Shown here: piece by piece, positions 43,511-53,142 of the stretch | Layout of the letters: each line of letters begins with the position of its first letter | Position numbering within the stretch: position 1 is the first letter of the stretch | From: Clostridia bacterium | GTDB taxonomy: Bacteria > Bacillota > Clostridia > Oscillospirales > CAG-272 | Assembly (NCBI GenBank): GCA_017502975.1 | Contig: JAFVTV010000015.1 | Coordinates: 6,473 to 70,472, forward strand | Length of the DNA: 64,000 bases | Direction: 5' to 3' | Notes under the pieces: generated by a model | What the model was told of the DNA's origin: nothing | Seen by the model: only the letters and a program-made list of their open reading frames with translations | Databases searched by the model: none | Position numbers and translations under genes: made by a program

Positions 43511-45766
43511 TTATAAAGTGTCGTCCATGCTCAGTTGCATGGTATCAATGTTTTTTTCGTTTAATAAAACACCCGCGGCGGGAATTTTATACTTGCGATA
43601 GCCCTTTGCATCGCCAAAACGCTGTGTAAAATCAGTTAGTGCCTCGGTAACACGCTTTTCCTTTTTGCCAAGGCTGATCAGGGTATTGCCCTTAGAGGAG
43701 CGTGTTGACATGATGGGTATCAGTGAAGATTTGATAACGATGGCACGGTCAGCATCCGTGAGGAGCATCAGCTCAAACGGATTTTTTTCCACCTCGTAGA
43801 AAATCCCCACAACGGCGGAGGCATCAGAGAATGCGCCTGTCAACTTGCGGCGGTTGCCCTTTGCCACATAAGCGGTAATGGGGATGCGCACACCCTTGCC
43901 GTTTTCAAACACAAAGAGCATATTTTCGCCCTCGGGATATGTGTTTTGTACGTGCATAAAGATGGGGCGCTCATCCTTTTCCATGCCAAGCTTGGCATTT
44001 AAAAAGTCACCCATAGCAGATGCTTTGGTTGTGTCGAAATCATTTACGGCAACACGGTAAACCTGTGCTTTGTCGGTAAAGATCAACAGGTTATCACGGT
44101 TTTCGGCATCAAAGATCTGATTGATGCTGTCACCTTCCTTTAACTTTTGCTCATCGTTGCCGCGCAACGATTGGAAGGTGATCTTTTTAAAGTATCCCTC
44201 CTTGGTCAGCACCAAGCGAACGGGATAATTTTCCACAGCTTGTATTTCCTCAACTTCGGGAATATCTGAGGCAAAGATGAGCTGTGAGCGGCGGGGTTGT
44301 CCATGCTTTTTCTTGATCTCGGCAAGCTGCGTTGCAACTTTTGCACGGAGCTTGAGATCGTCTGCAAGGATATCTTCAATTTCGGCAATATCCTGCTTGA
44401 GTGCCTCCATCTCTTGGATACAGTTGACAATATATTTTTTGTTGAGGTTGCGCAACTTGATATTGGCGATGTAATCTGCCTGCACCTGGTCAATGCCAAA
44501 GCCGCGCATCAATTCGGGCACGACCTGATCATCGCTTTCCGCATGACGGATAATGCGTACTGCCTTGTCAATATCCAAAAGAATTTTGCCAAGACCGGTG
44601 ACAAGATGCAATCTGTCACGCTTCTTTTTCAGATCAAAGCGCAACTCGCGGCGCACACATTCTATGCGGAAGGTGATCCATTCCTTTAGAATATCTACCA
44701 CGCCAAGCTGACGGGGCACCGAGTTGATCAGCACGTTGAAGTTGCATTTAAAGCTGTCTTCAAGGGGAGTAAGCTTAAAGAGTTGATTCATCAGCTTATC
44801 GGGGTCTGTGCCGCGGCGCAGATCAAGCGTAAGCCGAAATCCGTTAATACCGATCTCATCACGGAAATCGGTAATTTCCTTTACCTTGCCTTCCTTTACA
44901 AGAGCCGCAATGCTGTCACGAATCGCCTCAATGGTAGTGGAGTAGGGAATTTGCGAAATGTCGATACAGTTTTCCGCTTTGTCGTAGCTGTAACGTGAGC
45001 GAATACGGAAGGAACCCTGTCCCGTTTCGTAAATGCGGCGCATTTGATCGCGATCGTAGACAATCAGACCGCCGCCCGAAAAATCGGGAGCCTTGATGAG
45101 GTCAAGAATACGATCGGTAGAAGCCTTGGGGTTTTTCAGCAGTGCAATTGCGCCGTCACAAACCTCGCCGAGGTTAAAGGAGCAGATATTGGATGCCATG
45201 CCTACCGCAATACCGACGTTTGGGGTCACAAGCACGTTGGGGAAGGTGGTGGGAAGCAATACAGGCTCCTTCATGGTGCCGTCGTAGTTGTCCACCAGAT
45301 CAACAGCATCCTTATCAATGCCCGCAAACAGCTCGTGGCAAATGCTGTCAAGCTTTGCCTCGGTGTAACGCGATGCCGCATATTTCATATCGCTTGAATA
45401 TTGCTTGCCAAAGCTACCTTTTGAATCTACAAACGGGTGTAGGAGCGTTGCATTGCCGCGCGTAAGACGCACCATGGTTTCATAAATAGCGGCATCACCG
45501 TGTGGGTTCAGCTTCATGGTCTGCCCCACGATATTGGCACTTTTGGTTCTCGCACCTGTCAAAAGCCCCATTTTATACATGGTGTATAAAAGCTTGCGGT
45601 GCGCGGGCTTAAAGCCGTCAATTTCGGGAATGGCGCGCGAAACGATTACACTCATAACGTAAGGCATATAGTTTTTTTCAATCGTTTCGGTGATCGGCTG
45701 TGGCGTGGCAGGTGCCGGAATAATTTGAGAGAGTTCGGTTACGGGGGAGGATCTTTTCTTTGCCAT
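43511..45766 (-). CDS. type IIA topoisomerase subunit A (ParC/GyrA family, topoisomerase IV-like)
   Basis: DGFKPAHRKLLYTM, NPHGDAAIYETMVRL, and the active-site AASRYTEAKL. 751 aa with a shortened C-terminal beta-pinwheel region. No B subunit is adjacent. Confidence 0.85.
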   Translation of the reverse strand: MAKKRSSPVTELSQIIPAPATPQPITETIEKNYMPYVMSVIVSRAIPEIDGFKPAHRKLLYTMYKMGLLTGARTKSANIVGQTMKLNPHGDAAIYETMVRLTRGNATLLHPFVDSKGSFGKQYSSDMKYAASRYTEAKLDSICHELFAGIDKDAVDLVDNYDGTMKEPVLLPTTFPNVLVTPNVGIAVGMASNICSFNLGEVCDGAIALLKNPKASTDRILDLIKAPDFSGGGLIVYDRDQMRRIYETGQGSFRIRSRYSYDKAENCIDISQIPYSTTIEAIRDSIAALVKEGKVKEITDFRDEIGINGFRLTLDLRRGTDPDKLMNQLFKLTPLEDSFKCNFNVLINSVPRQLGVVDILKEWITFRIECVRRELRFDLKKKRDRLHLVTGLGKILLDIDKAVRIIRHAESDDQVVPELMRGFGIDQVQADYIANIKLRNLNKKYIVNCIQEMEALKQDIAEIEDILADDLKLRAKVATQLAEIKKKHGQPRRSQLIFASDIPEVEEIQAVENYPVRLVLTKEGYFKKITFQSLRGNDEQKLKEGDSINQIFDAENRDNLLIFTDKAQVYRVAVNDFDTTKASAMGDFLNAKLGMEKDERPIFMHVQNTYPEGENMLFVFENGKGVRIPITAYVAKGNRRKLTGAFSDASAVVGIFYEVEKNPFELMLLTDADRAIVIKSSLIPIMSTRSSKGNTLISLGKKEKRVTEALTDFTQRFGDAKGYRKYKIPAAGVLLNEKNIDTMQLSMDDTL

Positions 45767-45790
45767 CTCGTATCTGACCTTTCCTTTGTT

Positions 45791-46831
45791 TTATACTTTC
45801 TTTATCGTGTGCGCTGCGGCGCGAATCAGGCGATTGTACAGGGCGAGCCCTAAGCCGTCCTTTGGCGGTAAATGCGCGTAAAGCGTTGTGATATTGGGGT
45901 GATCGTCAGCCTCTCGCAGCACTGCAAATAAGCGGTGGGCTTGCGTTGCAAGATCATCCTGTGCACCGACGGGAAACAGCGTGGAATCTGTTGGCAAGAG
46001 AGGTATCTCCTCATTATAGCACAGTAATCCAATACCTTTTGTCGTGGCAACAGATCTCATAAAGGCTTTTATGCTGCTATCATCACCGTCAAGCAGCGTA
46101 AGGGTAGCACGCGGTGCGTAATGCCGATATTTCATGCCGGGCGAGAGGGGGCGCTCATTTTTGGCAAGCCCCTCCAGCACCGCAGGGGCAACGCGCACCT
46201 CTTTGCAAACACAGCAAAGTGCATCGTATGTAATGGCACCCGGGCGCAAAAGCGTGCCAACCTCACCGTCAAGTGAAACAATCGTGGATTCAAGCCCCAC
46301 CTCGGATGCCCCACCGTCAATGATCATGTCTACTTTGCCCGAAAGATCATCTATGACGTGTGCGGCAAGTGTGGGAGAGGGCTTGCCCGAAAGATTTGCC
46401 GAGGGGGCGGCGATCGGCACGCCCGCCGCACGGATCAGCGCGTTCGCTACGGGATGCGCGGGACAGCGAAGCGCCACCGTATCAAGCCCACCTGTAACGG
46501 TTGACGGTACAGTGTCCTTCTTAGGTAAAATAACCGTCAGAGGTCCCGGCATAAACTGCGCGGCAAGCTTATAATAGGTTTCATTGGTGATCGCATATTT
46601 TTCTGCCTGCTCCGGTGTTTCCAAATGCAAAATAAGAGGGTTGTCCGACGGGCGCCCCTTTGCGCGGTAAATGGCGGTGGCGGCTGCAGCATCGGTTCCG
46701 TTTCCCCCTATGCCGTAAACGGTTTCAGTGGGAAACACCACAAGCCCGCCACGGCAAATGATCTCTGCCGCGCGCGAGATATCTTTTTCTTGAGTGCTTA
46801 AGTCCTCAATTTTAAGTATTTCGGTTTTCAA
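45791..46831 (-). CDS. tsaC: L-threonylcarbamoyladenylate synthase (Sua5/YwlC type, with Sua5 C-domain)
   Basis: GGLVVFPTETVYGIGGN, KGRPSDNPLILH, SANLSGKPSPT; 346 aa. Confidence 0.9.
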   Translation of the reverse strand: MKTEILKIEDLSTQEKDISRAAEIICRGGLVVFPTETVYGIGGNGTDAAAATAIYRAKGRPSDNPLILHLETPEQAEKYAITNETYYKLAAQFMPGPLTVILPKKDTVPSTVTGGLDTVALRCPAHPVANALIRAAGVPIAAPSANLSGKPSPTLAAHVIDDLSGKVDMIIDGGASEVGLESTIVSLDGEVGTLLRPGAITYDALCCVCKEVRVAPAVLEGLAKNERPLSPGMKYRHYAPRATLTLLDGDDSSIKAFMRSVATTKGIGLLCYNEEIPLLPTDSTLFPVGAQDDLATQAHRLFAVLREADDHPNITTLYAHLPPKDGLGLALYNRLIRAAAHTIKKV

Positions 46832-46843
46832 GCGAAAAACTCC

Positions 46844-47911
46844 TTATTTTTCTTGTTGTAGCTTTAAGGCAGTATCGGCGGCGATCAGTGCATCTATGAT
46901 ATCGCTGATGTTACCGTTTAAGATCTTATCGAGTGAATAGAGCGTAAGGCCGATGCGGTGATCGGTCATACGTCCCTGTGGGTAGTTATAGGTTCTGATA
47001 CGCTCACTGCGATCTCCCGTGCCTACTTGCGTGCGGCGCTCGCTTGCAATTTCATTTTCCTGCGCGGTGCGCTTGATATCCAGCAGCTTGGCACGCAGCA
47101 TCTTCAATGCTTTGTCGCGGTTTTTAAATTGGCTGCGTTCCTCCTGACATTCCACCACGATGCCCGTAGGCTTATGTGTGATGCGAACGGCAGATTCTGT
47201 TTTGTTGATGTGCTGACCGCCCGCGCCGCTGCTTTTGCAGGATTCCATAATGATATCGGCGGGATTGATCTCTACATCCACCTCCTCCGCCTCGGGAAGC
47301 ACGGCGACCGTAACGGTTGAGGTTTGGATGCGCCCTTGGGATTCGGTAACGGGCACACGCTGTACGCGGTGCACACCCGATTCAAATTTAAAGCGGGAAT
47401 AAGCGCCGTCACCCTCTACCATGAAAACAATTTCTCTAAAGCCGCCAAGCTCGGTTTCATTTTCACTCATGCGGGAGGTTTTAAAGCCAGCTGCTTCAGC
47501 GTACATGGTATACATGCGGTAAAGAACAGCAGCAAAAAGCGCTGCCTCCTCACCGCCGGCTCCTGCACGAATTTCTACGATCACGTTTCGATCGTCATTT
47601 TCGTCGCGGGGCAGAAGTAATATTTTCAGCTCCTGCTCCAGTGCCACAAGGTGCTCGGAAAGCGCTTTTTGCTCTTCCAGCGCAAGCGCCTTCATTTCTT
47701 GGTCATCCACTACTTTGAGCAGATCATTGATATCCTGAAGTTCAGTGCTCGCCTTTTTATAGCTGCGGTAAACCGTTGCAATGGGCTCAAGGCGCCGATA
47801 TTCCTTCATCAGCGCAGTATAAGCGGCAGGATCTGTTACCACAGCAGGGTCAGCACTGCGCTCCTCAAGCTCTCTGAAACGAGCCTCGGTCGTATTTAAC
47901 TTGTCAAACAT
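46844..47911 (-). CDS. prfA: peptide chain release factor 1
   Basis: The PVT tripeptide (RVQRVPVTESQGRIQTS) and the GGQ motif (SGAGGQHINKTESAVRITH). No frameshift site, consistent with RF1 rather than RF2. Confidence 0.96.
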   Translation of the reverse strand: MFDKLNTTEARFRELEERSADPAVVTDPAAYTALMKEYRRLEPIATVYRSYKKASTELQDINDLLKVVDDQEMKALALEEQKALSEHLVALEQELKILLLPRDENDDRNVIVEIRAGAGGEEAALFAAVLYRMYTMYAEAAGFKTSRMSENETELGGFREIVFMVEGDGAYSRFKFESGVHRVQRVPVTESQGRIQTSTVTVAVLPEAEEVDVEINPADIIMESCKSSGAGGQHINKTESAVRITHKPTGIVVECQEERSQFKNRDKALKMLRAKLLDIKRTAQENEIASERRTQVGTGDRSERIRTYNYPQGRMTDHRIGLTLYSLDKILNGNISDIIDALIAADTALKLQQEK

Positions 47912-49296
47912 CAGTCGCGAGAAAAGGCGATAAAGGCAAGATATGCCTCATAAAGATCGACCTTGGAGATCACCTCAAAGGGCGCGTGCATGGAAATGAC
48001 GGGTACACCGAGGTCAACCGTTTCAATGTTGTGGCCTGCGATATACTTGGCAACCGTTCCGCCGCCACCGACGTCAACCTTACCAAGCTCGCCTGCTTGC
48101 CATACCACACCTGCACGCTCCATGACACCGCGAAGCCAGCCAACATATTCGGCACTTGCATCGTTGGTTGAGGATTTGCCGCGAGAGCCGGTATATTTGG
48201 TCAGAACCACACCGCAGGAAAGAAGGGGGGTGTTGCGCTTCTCAAAGACATCCGAAAAATTGGGATCGTATGCGCAGGATACATCTGCCGAAAGGCATTT
48301 GGAGTTGGCGCGTACCACAGCGGGATCGCCGCCAAGAGCTACTGCGATCTGATTGATCAGGTCAGGCAGAAGCGCGCTCTTCATGCCGGTATTGCCCTCG
48401 CTGCCTGTTTCCTCCTTATCGGCAAGCACGCACATAAGTGTGTGTGTCGGCGCATCCTCCTGTAACAGGGCAGTCAGTGCAGGATAAGCACAAACACGGT
48501 CATCGTGTCCGTAGGCACCCAGCAAAGCGCGATCAAAACCAATATCCCGCGCCTTGAAGGCAGGCACCACACAAAGCTCTGCGGAAAGAAAATCATCCTC
48601 TGTAATACCGTATTTTTCGTTTAGAAGATACATCGTGTTTAGCTTGATGGCATCACCCTCGGCAGCGTCATAGGGGCGACTGCCAACGAGAACGTTCAGC
48701 TTTTCTCCGGGAATGGCTTCGCCAAGGGGCTTTTTATCAGTTTCGTGCCCCAGGTGGGGGAGAAGGTCGTTGATATAAAATACGGGGTCACCCTCATCCT
48801 CACCGATATTCACGGTAATGCGTGTGCCGTCTGCCTTCACGATAACACCGTGCAAGGAAAGGGGAATTGCTACCCATTGATACTTGCGAATACCGCCGTA
48901 ATAATGGGTCTTGAAAAAGCTCATGCCGCCCTCCTCATAAAGTGGGCATTGCTTGAGGTCGATGCGCGGTGCATCGATATGCGCCGCATTGATGCGAATG
49001 CCGTTTTCGATCGGCTCGTTGCCAATGACGAAAAGAAACAGATTTTTATCTCTGTTGTTGTAGTAGTATTTATCGCCGGCCTTGAGCGCATCCCCCATTT
49101 TATAGGGTCTAAAGCTCTTTTCTTCAGCCATTTTTATAGAAGTATACACCGCCTCGCGCTCGGTTTTTGCGGCGTCAAGAAATGCGGCGTAGCCCTTTGC
49201 AAAATCAAATGCCGCGTCGACTGTTTTTTTATCGGCTTTTTCGTAAACGCTTTTTTTGCGGTAAAGCAGTTTTTCGGAAAGTTCCTTTGCGTTCAT
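47911..49296 (-). CDS. M18-family aminopeptidase (aminopeptidase 1 / ApeA-like)
   Basis: 461 aa. The N-terminal helical region plus HIDAPRIDLK, GHDDRVCAY, DKEETGSEG and ISMHAP blocks are typical of M18/M42-type aminopeptidases. Confidence 0.8.
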   Translation of the reverse strand: MNAKELSEKLLYRKKSVYEKADKKTVDAAFDFAKGYAAFLDAAKTEREAVYTSIKMAEEKSFRPYKMGDALKAGDKYYYNNRDKNLFLFVIGNEPIENGIRINAAHIDAPRIDLKQCPLYEEGGMSFFKTHYYGGIRKYQWVAIPLSLHGVIVKADGTRITVNIGEDEGDPVFYINDLLPHLGHETDKKPLGEAIPGEKLNVLVGSRPYDAAEGDAIKLNTMYLLNEKYGITEDDFLSAELCVVPAFKARDIGFDRALLGAYGHDDRVCAYPALTALLQEDAPTHTLMCVLADKEETGSEGNTGMKSALLPDLINQIAVALGGDPAVVRANSKCLSADVSCAYDPNFSDVFEKRNTPLLSCGVVLTKYTGSRGKSSTNDASAEYVGWLRGVMERAGVVWQAGELGKVDVGGGGTVAKYIAGHNIETVDLGVPVISMHAPFEVISKVDLYEAYLAFIAFSRD

Positions 49297-49298
49297 AA

Positions 49299-49985
49299 TT
49301 ACTCCTTAAAATTATATTTTTCAAGATATTCGCGGTAAGCTTCAAGCGTTACCGTAACGTAGTGTGCGGTTTCGGGATAGGGAATATCAAAGAGATTTAC
49401 ACCGTCGGACAGTGTACTGTCAGAAAGCCATTGCTCCACTCGCCCCTCGCCTGCGTTGTAGGCAGCAAGTGTTACCTGCCAATTCCCAAAGCGTGAAAAA
49501 AGGTAGGAAAGGTAATAGGTTCCGTAGCGGATATTGACTTGTGGCTTCCAAAGGTCATTATCGGTGAGATCCTCGTTTAATTTTTCTTCTCTTAGATAAG
49601 CAAAGGTTTGAGGCAGCAACTGCATTAAGCCAACTGCGCCTGCCGATGAGAGGGCATCTTGATAAAAATCGCTTTCGGTGCGGATTACGGCAAGCACCAT
49701 GGCAGGTGAAACACCGTAGGTGTTAGCGGCTGTAAGAACGATACTGTAAACCGCGTTTTCACGTCTGTTTCTGCGGTGCGCGTCTGTAAGGTGTGCAAGG
49801 GTTAGGGATAAGACCGCAAGCAGTAAAAAAATTGCCAGAACCGTAATGAGCCGTTTGCGAGATGCCGCATAATGCACGCTATAAAACCCCCGTTTTGATG
49901 AGTAGCGCCAAGAGGCTTTGCTCAAGGGCAGCTTCATCGGTATTGTTTTCGAGAATGTAATGACAGCGTTCGAGGAAAAATGCAT
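49299..49985 (-). CDS. lytic transglycosylase (SLT domain), membrane-anchored
   Basis: VLAVIRTESDFYQDALSSAGAVGLMQLLPQTF (SLT catalytic Glu context) and AAYNAGEG. The start is uncertain. In-frame GTG at 49877, just after the coaE stop and 9 nt after GGGGG, would give RKRLITVLAIFLLLAVL as a signal anchor. The ATGs at 49937 and 49985 overlap coaE. Confidence 0.8.
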   Translation of the reverse strand: MHFSSNAVITFSKTIPMKLPLSKASWRYSSKRGFYSVHYAASRKRLITVLAIFLLLAVLSLTLAHLTDAHRRNRRENAVYSIVLTAANTYGVSPAMVLAVIRTESDFYQDALSSAGAVGLMQLLPQTFAYLREEKLNEDLTDNDLWKPQVNIRYGTYYLSYLFSRFGNWQVTLAAYNAGEGRVEQWLSDSTLSDGVNLFDIPYPETAHYVTVTLEAYREYLEKYNFKE

Positions 49986-50484
49986 CGCTTTTTTGTGCGT
50001 TTAAGCGCTTTTCTGTGCTTTCGCGTGAAATGCGGTCGCGCGCCATAATGCGCTCGGCACGCAGTGTGCGTTTGGCAATTACCCCGATTACAAAATCACA
50101 TTCAAGATGAGCGTTTGCTTCAAAAAGAAGCGGCGCGTCAATCACGGCAGCCTTTGCGCCGTTTTCTTTTAGCTCACGCAATCTTTTTTTGATCTCGCTC
50201 ATAACATATTTATGGGTAATCGTGTTCAAAGTATGCAAAAGTGTATCTGTATTTGGTTTGTCAAACACCGTGTCGGCAAGTGCTTGACGTGATATCAGCC
50301 CATTTTGATCCAGCACAGCAGCACCAAACGCCTCGGCAAGCTCCTTGGTGCACTCGCCGCCGATGCTGAGAATTTCGTGATACACGCAATCGGCATCGAT
50401 AACGGGAATGCCATGCTTTTTAAAAATTGAGGCGGCAACGCTTTTGCCCGCGCCGCTACTGCCTGTAAGACCGATCACCTGCAT
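49879..50484 (-). CDS. coaE: dephospho-CoA kinase
   Basis: MQVIGLTGSSGAGKSVAASIFKKHGIPVIDADCVYHEI, and DAPLLFE. Confidence 0.93.
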   Translation of the reverse strand: MQVIGLTGSSGAGKSVAASIFKKHGIPVIDADCVYHEILSIGGECTKELAEAFGAAVLDQNGLISRQALADTVFDKPNTDTLLHTLNTITHKYVMSEIKKRLRELKENGAKAAVIDAPLLFEANAHLECDFVIGVIAKRTLRAERIMARDRISRESTEKRLNAQKSDAFFLERCHYILENNTDEAALEQSLLALLIKTGVL

Positions 50485-50573
50485 GAAAGCACCTCCGCCT
50501 AATTATTATTTAGTATTATACTACATTTAGTATTAAAATGCAAGAGAAAATCATAATATAGTCTGTTTTTGAC

Positions 50574-50602
50574 TTGAAATTTTTGAAATTTTCGGTTATA
50601 AT
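50574..50602 (+). promoter_or_regulatory. sigma-A promoter for the HAD-murB-whiA-dnaE block
   Basis: TTGAAA (50574-50579), 17 nt, TATAAT (50597-50602). Confidence 0.6.
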
Positions 50603-50637
50603 GCTTATATAATAAATTAAAAAAGGTGGTGTTACGG

Positions 50638-51327
50638 TTGTCGGCTTATCGCACGATCCTGTTTGATGCAGATAACACACTGTTCGATTTTTCCCGTGCG
50701 GAGCGTGAGGCACTTGCCGACACGCTTATATATTGCGGCATTACTCCCATGGACACGCTGATCAAGGCATATAGCGAGATCAACGACCGTATGTGGAAGC
50801 GATTGGAGCGCGGTGAGATCGCCAAGGAGGCGCTGCGAGAGGCGCGCTTTGAGGAATTTTGCAAAGCCTTTGGCTTTGATGCGGACGTGCCGCAAATGTC
50901 AAAGACTTATATTGATTTTCTTTCTGAAAAGGCACATCTGATCGACGGTGCGGGCGAGATCTGTGCAGCGCTTGCCGCGCGTTATCAGCTGTATATTGTT
51001 ACGAATGGCATCAAGACCGTACAAAGAAGGCGCTTTGCGGCTTGTGCATTAAAGCTGTATTTCTCCGATATCTTTATTTCCGAGGAGATCGGCTTCGAAA
51101 AACCGCATGTCGGCTATTTTGAGGCTGTGGCGGCACGCATTCCCGAATTTACGCCAAAGACCGCACTGATCGTAGGAGATTCGCTTACCTCCGATATAAA
51201 GGGCGGCATTGCCGCAGGGATCGATACCTGTTGGTATAATCCTCGCGCGCTTGAAAACAGGGAAGCACTCCCCATTACTTATGAGATCAAAGCACTGCAG
51301 GAGCTGGCTCCTCTGTTGCTTTCTTGA
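50638..51327 (+). CDS. HAD-superfamily hydrolase, YjjG-like (noncanonical pyrimidine nucleotidase family)
   Basis: ILFDADNTLFDF (DxDxT motif I), VTNG (motif II), and GDSLTSDIKGG (motif IV). TTG at 50638 lies 8 nt after AAGGTGG. Confidence 0.8.
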   Translation: MSAYRTILFDADNTLFDFSRAEREALADTLIYCGITPMDTLIKAYSEINDRMWKRLERGEIAKEALREARFEEFCKAFGFDADVPQMSKTYIDFLSEKAHLIDGAGEICAALAARYQLYIVTNGIKTVQRRRFAACALKLYFSDIFISEEIGFEKPHVGYFEAVAARIPEFTPKTALIVGDSLTSDIKGGIAAGIDTCWYNPRALENREALPITYEIKALQELAPLLLS

Positions 51328-52244
51328 TGCGGACGTTTTTTGAGGAAACGTTAAAGAGAAAGAATATTATCTTTCAAGAATATGTAAAGACAGCAGATCT
51401 GTGCACCTTTCGCATTGGTGGAACCTGCCGCTATTTGATAGAGCCCCAATGCATCGGGGAGCTGGTAGAGGCAATACTGCTTTGTGAGCAAGAGGGCATT
51501 TCGTACGTGGTGATCGGCAGAGGGAGCAATCTGTTGTTTTCGGATGCTTCAATGTCCGTTGCACTGATCCGTACCACTGCACTAGACGGTTTGTTGATAC
51601 AAAACAACGAATTGATCGCCTCGTGTGGCACGTCCTTGCCGCACTTGGCGCAACGAGTAGCAAGGCTCGGATTTTCCGATCTTGTCTTTGCCTGCGGTAT
51701 ACCCGGCACGCTTGGCGGCGGCATCTGTATGAACGCAGGTGCACATGGAAAAGACCTTGGCAGCCTTGTAAAATGGGTTGAGGTGTTATATCCTAAAACG
51801 GGCGAAATTAGAACGTTATTTAACGAAGAATTGAGTTATTCTTATCGTAATAGCGTGTTTCAACATGAAAACATCCTTGCGTTGCGCGCTTGCCTGACAT
51901 TGTGTGATCCTTTGGACTTTGATGCTGTAAGGGCGCAGATGTGTGCGTTGCTCGCACATCGCAAGGCAACACAACCGATCCATCTTCCAAGTGCCGGCAG
52001 CGTTTTTAAACGGGCAAACGGCAATATTTCTATCGGAAAGATATTGGATGAATTGGGGTTAAAGGGTATGCGTTGCGGCAAAGCTGCCGTTTCGGAAAAG
52101 CATGCCGGCTTTATCGTGAATCTTGGCGGTGCCACCGCAAGTGATGTTTGCACCCTCATCGAGCGTATCGGGCGTATCGTCAAAAGAGAAAAAGGATTTG
52201 AGCCGATTACGGAAATTCGATTTGTCGGATTTGATAAGTACTGA
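51324..52244 (+). CDS. murB: UDP-N-acetylenolpyruvoylglucosamine reductase
   Basis: TFRIGGTCRYL, VIGRGSNLLF, PGTLGGGICMNAGAHG, PSAGSVFK, AGFIVN. Confidence 0.95.
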   Translation: MMRTFFEETLKRKNIIFQEYVKTADLCTFRIGGTCRYLIEPQCIGELVEAILLCEQEGISYVVIGRGSNLLFSDASMSVALIRTTALDGLLIQNNELIASCGTSLPHLAQRVARLGFSDLVFACGIPGTLGGGICMNAGAHGKDLGSLVKWVEVLYPKTGEIRTLFNEELSYSYRNSVFQHENILALRACLTLCDPLDFDAVRAQMCALLAHRKATQPIHLPSAGSVFKRANGNISIGKILDELGLKGMRCGKAAVSEKHAGFIVNLGGATASDVCTLIERIGRIVKREKGFEPITEIRFVGFDKY

Positions 52245-52272
52245 TCGGCACATAACGGAACGGAGGGAAAAT

Positions 52273-53124
52273 ATGAATTATTCCTTACAGCTAAAGGAAG
52301 AATTGATCGCGGGCGCTCCGCGCAGAGCCTGCTGTAAAAAAGCATATTTTCGCGGACTTTTTCTCAATGCCGCGCAGACCAAGGGCGGTGCGATCGTGCT
52401 ATCCTTGTCAAGCCTTGCCGCACGGCAGGAATGTGCGCGTGTGTATCGCGAGCTCTATCGCAGTGAGGCACTGATCGATGCCGGCACTATGCTATTTTCC
52501 TCCGAGCGCTTATATCGGGATCTCACAGATACGGCACCTGCCTTTTGCTGCGAGCGTTGCGCGGTGCATTTCCTACGCGGAGCCTTTGTTTCGGCAGGCT
52601 CTGTTACCGATCCCGAAAAAGGGTATCATCTTGAATTTAAGGTGTACGAGGAGGAGGAACGCACGTTTCTCACCTCACTTCTTCTACAGTACGGTTGGCA
52701 GGCAAAAAGCCGTATACATCGCGCGGGCTTTGGCGTCTATTTTAAAAATAGCGCTGTAATTGAGGAGATTCTCTCGGCGCTAGGGGCAAATAACGCACTT
52801 TTTGCATTGATGAACGCAAAGATTGCACGTGGGATTAGGAACGAGGAAAACCGCGCGACCAACTGCGTGGCAAAAAACATTAGTAAATCGGTTGCGGCCT
52901 CCGGGCGTGCGCTTGAAGCAATCGCAGCCATTCGTGAAGCAGCACGCCTTGATGCGTTGCCCCAAGAATTAAGGGAAACCGCGGCACTGCGCGAGGAAAA
53001 TGCGGATGCCTCGCTTTCCGATCTTGCCAAATTACATAATCCACCGCTTACAAAATCGGGTCTAAATCACAGATTACAAAAGATCATTGCATTTTCGGAT
53101 GCGTTACAAAATAAGGAGTTCTAA
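52273..53124 (+). CDS. whiA: DNA-binding protein WhiA
   Basis: MNYSLQLKEELI......CCKKAYFRGLF, LAGLIDADG-derived middle domains, and the C-terminal HTH LSDLAKLHNPPLTKSGLNHRLQKI. The ATG at 52273 follows GGAGGG; the longer track ORF overlaps murB. Confidence 0.88.
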   Translation: MNYSLQLKEELIAGAPRRACCKKAYFRGLFLNAAQTKGGAIVLSLSSLAARQECARVYRELYRSEALIDAGTMLFSSERLYRDLTDTAPAFCCERCAVHFLRGAFVSAGSVTDPEKGYHLEFKVYEEEERTFLTSLLLQYGWQAKSRIHRAGFGVYFKNSAVIEEILSALGANNALFALMNAKIARGIRNEENRATNCVAKNISKSVAASGRALEAIAAIREAARLDALPQELRETAALREENADASLSDLAKLHNPPLTKSGLNHRLQKIIAFSDALQNKEF

Positions 53125-53142
53125 AAAAGGGGAGGTGTGCGT

